Below, in pieces: positions 60,417 through 64,000 of a stretch of 64,000 nucleotides of DNA (positions are counted from its first letter, which is position 1; the number at the start of each line of letters is the position of its first letter). Origin of the DNA: Vicugna vicugna (lineage: Eukaryota); the NCBI GenBank assembly GCA_013265495.1, contig MU061579.1, positions 4,116,327 to 4,180,326 on the forward strand. Reading direction: 5' to 3'. The position numbers and the translations under genes were made by a program. Under the pieces are notes generated by a model. That model was not told where the DNA came from. It saw nothing but the letters and a program-made list of their open reading frames with translations, and did not search any database.

Positions 60417-60952
60417 TGAGGTAGCTCCTTTCCAAAAGTGCCACTTTCTCCTGTATCTCTTTTTCAATGACCCACTCCTGATTTTCTCACCCCTCTGTAG
60501 CCCCCCTTCACTTTAGATCTGGGCTGAATGCAGTGCAATGACATTGCAGCACCTCTGAAGCTGTATCATAAAACCCGATGGCTTCTGTCTGGATTATTTG
60601 GAATCTTCGATCTTGAAACTTATCTCAGAATCCAGTCACCATGACTTAGGAAGCTCAGGCCACACTTAGAGATTATATGTTCATCTGCAGTTCACAACCC
60701 CCCTGAGCAGCCAGTTGATAGCCAGTATCAACTACCATCAAGTGTATGAGTCCCCTTGGGCCTCTAGCACTGTCAAAGCTTCAGATGACAGCAGTGCCAT
60801 CTAACAACTGATTGCAATTGCTTGAAAAATCCCAAACAAAACCAACTCAAATAAATTTAGTGATCCATCAGTCATGAAAGGTAAAAATACACTACACTTT
60901 AAAGCCACTAAGTTTTGAGGGTTTTGTTTTGCAGTGATAGATCACCAAAACA
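60417..60952 (+). mobile_element. MaLR solo LTR (MLT1F/G-like)
   Basis: CAATGACCCACTCCTG...CCAGTCACCATG...GGAAGCTCAGGCCAC...TTCAGATGACAGCAG...AAGCCACTAAGTTTTGAGGG...GATAGATCACCAAAACA. Confidence 0.82.
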
Positions 60953-62779
60953 GATCTTAAGAAGATGCTTTATTGCAAACTGTCACTTCTCTCTAGCCTC
61001 CTATTCCACACCCTGTTCCAAAAGGGGAAAAAAAAGTATTAAAAAACAAAACCAAAAAAAGCCTGAAAGACACAATTGGACCTGCATTAAAGAGACACTC
61101 CAGGATTAAGCCACCAATTACTGTAGATATGACCCCTTTATTGATGTTAACTTTAGTCAAGGTTTGTTGGTTTACATGATTTTTTTTTGTACATCTGGAT
61201 ACATAAGAAATTGACTGAACTATTGAAAATGCAAATGGTTACTTTTAAATATTATATTATTTCAAAAGTTCCCATTGCTTATTTGAAAATAATAAAAGTT
61301 GTATCTTCTTATCTTGATGTCGGCTGTCAAATAGGTAGTATCTGAGTAAATTTCCTTTTGGAATTTTATGGAAGCAGAGTTTCGAGTAGTTTCGGTTGAG
61401 TAATTTTGTTCTCTTTCTTGGTATGTTTTAAAATTTTATTGTGTTGGTTTTATTTTGTTTGTTCTTTTAGTTTATATCATATAAAAGTGATATATCTTCA
61501 TAGAAGAAAGTACAGATATCCAAAATTAGACAACAAAAACTGTATAGAACTTGACTTTGTATGGAAAAACAAATTTTCTGTGCATATACATTAAGTATTA
61601 CATGTTTTTTTGTAGAAAATTTGATTCCACTGACATTTTGTTATATCTGTACTTTATATGCATATTAGTAACTGTGAACATGTTTTTCTAACATAAATTA
61701 TGCTATCATATAATTTTAGTGGCTTCATTTTTTTATTTTATGGATATATGAGAATCTGTTTAGCATTTCCTACATAGGTATTTTTATAATCATGAAATAG
61801 GTTGGAAGTTATCAAATTTTATATTTTAAAACTAATTCCATACACATTTAAAATAATTAGCTAGAATACTTATATTTTAGGTATAATTATTGTGTGACTA
61901 ATCAGCCCTCACACCCATTAAAAGAAAATACTAGAATATATACCTGTTCATTTAGACATAAATGCATTTATTTCTTGTCTATTCTAGGAGCACTCATTCT
62001 ATTAATGAATGCAGGAATTACAAAGGCATATTTTGTCTCACTTATTCAGTCAAAACAGGGAAGAAATGTATTGTATTTATTCAATTGAAATAAATGTCAG
62101 AGAAGAGGAAGATAACTGAATTGGGCTATTACAAAGACTTTTAGAATAAGAAATTAACATTGAATTGCATATGTATTTTACTTTTAGTGTGCCAGAGACA
62201 TACTGAATTGAAATTTATATCTCAAAAGGTCTATAGGAATAGGAATTGAGTCATTTAGTAAATTATTAAATTGTACTCTAAGAGTCATTAGCTTAAAAGT
62301 TTATTATTGGATTAATTTATGCTATCACAGGATTTCTTCCATATTTTATATTCTTTTCAGACTCTTCTACATTTTCTGAAGGTTATAAAGGGCTTAAGAA
62401 TTATATTACAAGAGGACAGTTTTTCTTTTCTTCAAGTTGGTTTACACACAGGCAGAACTACAGGCAAAGCAGGAAACATAATTCAGTGTTTTACATGTCC
62501 ACATTACAGTAATTTTTTTTCCTTATAATTCCTCTGTGAAATTAGGCAGTGGAACATAAGCTCTAAGTGTACCTGTTTTAGGTAGGATGGTGTTCATTTT
62601 ACTCCTTAACTTATTTATTTAAACTATAATCCATGGTTCTTTGGTTTGAGAGAAGAGTTTAGCGTTACTGGAGAGAAAACAAGCCAGATTTCCAGTCACT
62701 CTATTAGTATCTTTGCGTACAAAGGATGTTGACTACTGGTTTTCAGAATTTTCTTCTTGAATCAGGAAAATCAAAAATT

Positions 62780-63800
62780 TTTCTTTGAATGTCCCATAAA
62801 TACTCGCTTGCAAAATACCTGAAGCTGAACTCATTACTCTCTCTCAAAATATGCCCTCTCCTTCACTTTCCATCTTGGTGAATGATACTAGTCATTTAAT
62901 TAAAGTCCCAAGGTCTTCCAAGATACATTTAGATTACTTCATTAGCTTTGAAACTGATTTTCCTGTTTTCTGCCTGGTCACAACCTAATCAATTTTACTA
63001 TTATTGCAAAATGTTTCTAAAATTCAAATCCATTCATAATATTCCCTTGTTTAAAAGTGCTTAATGATGCCCCAGTATTCGGAAGTTACTGTTCAAAATC
63101 TTTATTTTAACGTCTAAGAAAGGCCTTCATCATATGACTGTTGCTTAAAATTTCTCTCTACTATTCTTCATATATACTTGTACCAGTTAAAATTATATTT
63201 AACTGCTAGTAACAAAAACTCAAAAACAGATTTTTAAAGCAAACATCATTTACTTCTCACAAAAAAATGTCCAGCTACCTGTGTCCTAGGCAGCTGGATA
63301 GAGAAAGGGTCAAAGAAGCTTGTCTACCTTTCCTTAAGAATTCTTTCAGGTGACATTAAAACTGATACTCACCTGCATATCTTTAGCCAAAATTTTGTTA
63401 TGTAGTCCTACCTAGATTTAAAGAAGGACCAGATATTCTTGTGATTAAAGAGTCAGAGAGAACTGATAGAGGAATAAAGATAAGTCATGTTTGATAGGCA
63501 ACTAGAGTTTTTTTCTATATACTTCTAACCATGCTGTATAGAATGGTTTGCTTTCTGAATATGTGATGTTTCACCAAAAGTCATGGTGCTCTGTCTAGAA
63601 CGCCTTGTCCCTTCATTATGCAGCTAAATTCTGTTCATTCCTCAGAATCAATTGAGGTCTCTTCAAGAAATTTTCTGTGACATTCTGAGTCTTGTTTACT
63701 AGGTTAGTACTCTATTTACACCTATACTATTATCACTTCTCACTCTAAATACTTTATGAAGTATTTAATTTTTAGTGTCATTTAACTAAATGAATTTCTT
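62780..63800 (+). mobile_element. LINE-2 fragment interrupted by an MLT1 LTR
   Basis: AAGCTGAACTCATT...CCATCTTGGTGAATGATAC...AAATTCAAATC...CTTGTTTAAAA; resumes CTCTGTCTAGAACGCC...TTCATTCCTCAGA...CTTCAAGAAATTTTCT. Confidence 0.7.
63179..63520 (-). mobile_element. Old MaLR LTR (MLT1J/K-like)
   Basis: TGTACCAGTTAAAATTATATTTAACTGCTAGTAACAAAAACTCAAAA...TATCTTTAGCCAAAATT...TAGGCAACTAG. Confidence 0.55.
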
Positions 63801-64000
63801 ATTATCACTGCTTGTTTTACCAAATTTTATATTCTTACACATTTATGCTCAAAATCAAGGCCTTCCTGTAATTATATAAACAGGGATATATGAGACACCA
63901 GAAAAGTTGATGAAAAAGGAATTTGTCACTCTTATGTGAGCCTGAGAGAAGTCAGTGGACAAATTCTGGGAAGTGATATTTTACATATATGATCTTTCAA

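Overview
AT-rich, CpG-depleted mammalian non-coding DNA (intergenic or deep intronic). It is very probably camelid (alpaca/llama/camel), judged from one tRNA-Ala-headed vic-1-type SINE and the 3' UTRs of the young L1s. I find no host protein-coding exon, RNA gene, CRISPR array or prokaryotic feature. The only ORFs with recognisable protein are dead L1 ORF2 C-terminal fragments. Much of the window is recognisable interspersed repeat: five young lineage L1 3' fragments, one older twin-primed L1, ancient L1M/HAL1-like, L2 and MIR pieces, many MaLR (MLT1), ERVL and ERV1 solo LTRs, and two hAT DNA transposons. Repeat subfamily names are from recalled consensus resemblance, not a database search, and the boundaries of old repeats are approximate. 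I cannot support a new biological system here. The best leads are: a CpG-retaining L1-5'/ERV1-LTR composite carrying NRF1- and ETS-like sites (candidate TE-derived promoter/enhancer); a tiny L1 with an apparent 3' transduction; an L1 inserted without a TSD at the apex of a quasi-palindrome; an inverted L1 cluster; and a near-perfect RFX X-box in a long repeat-poor stretch.
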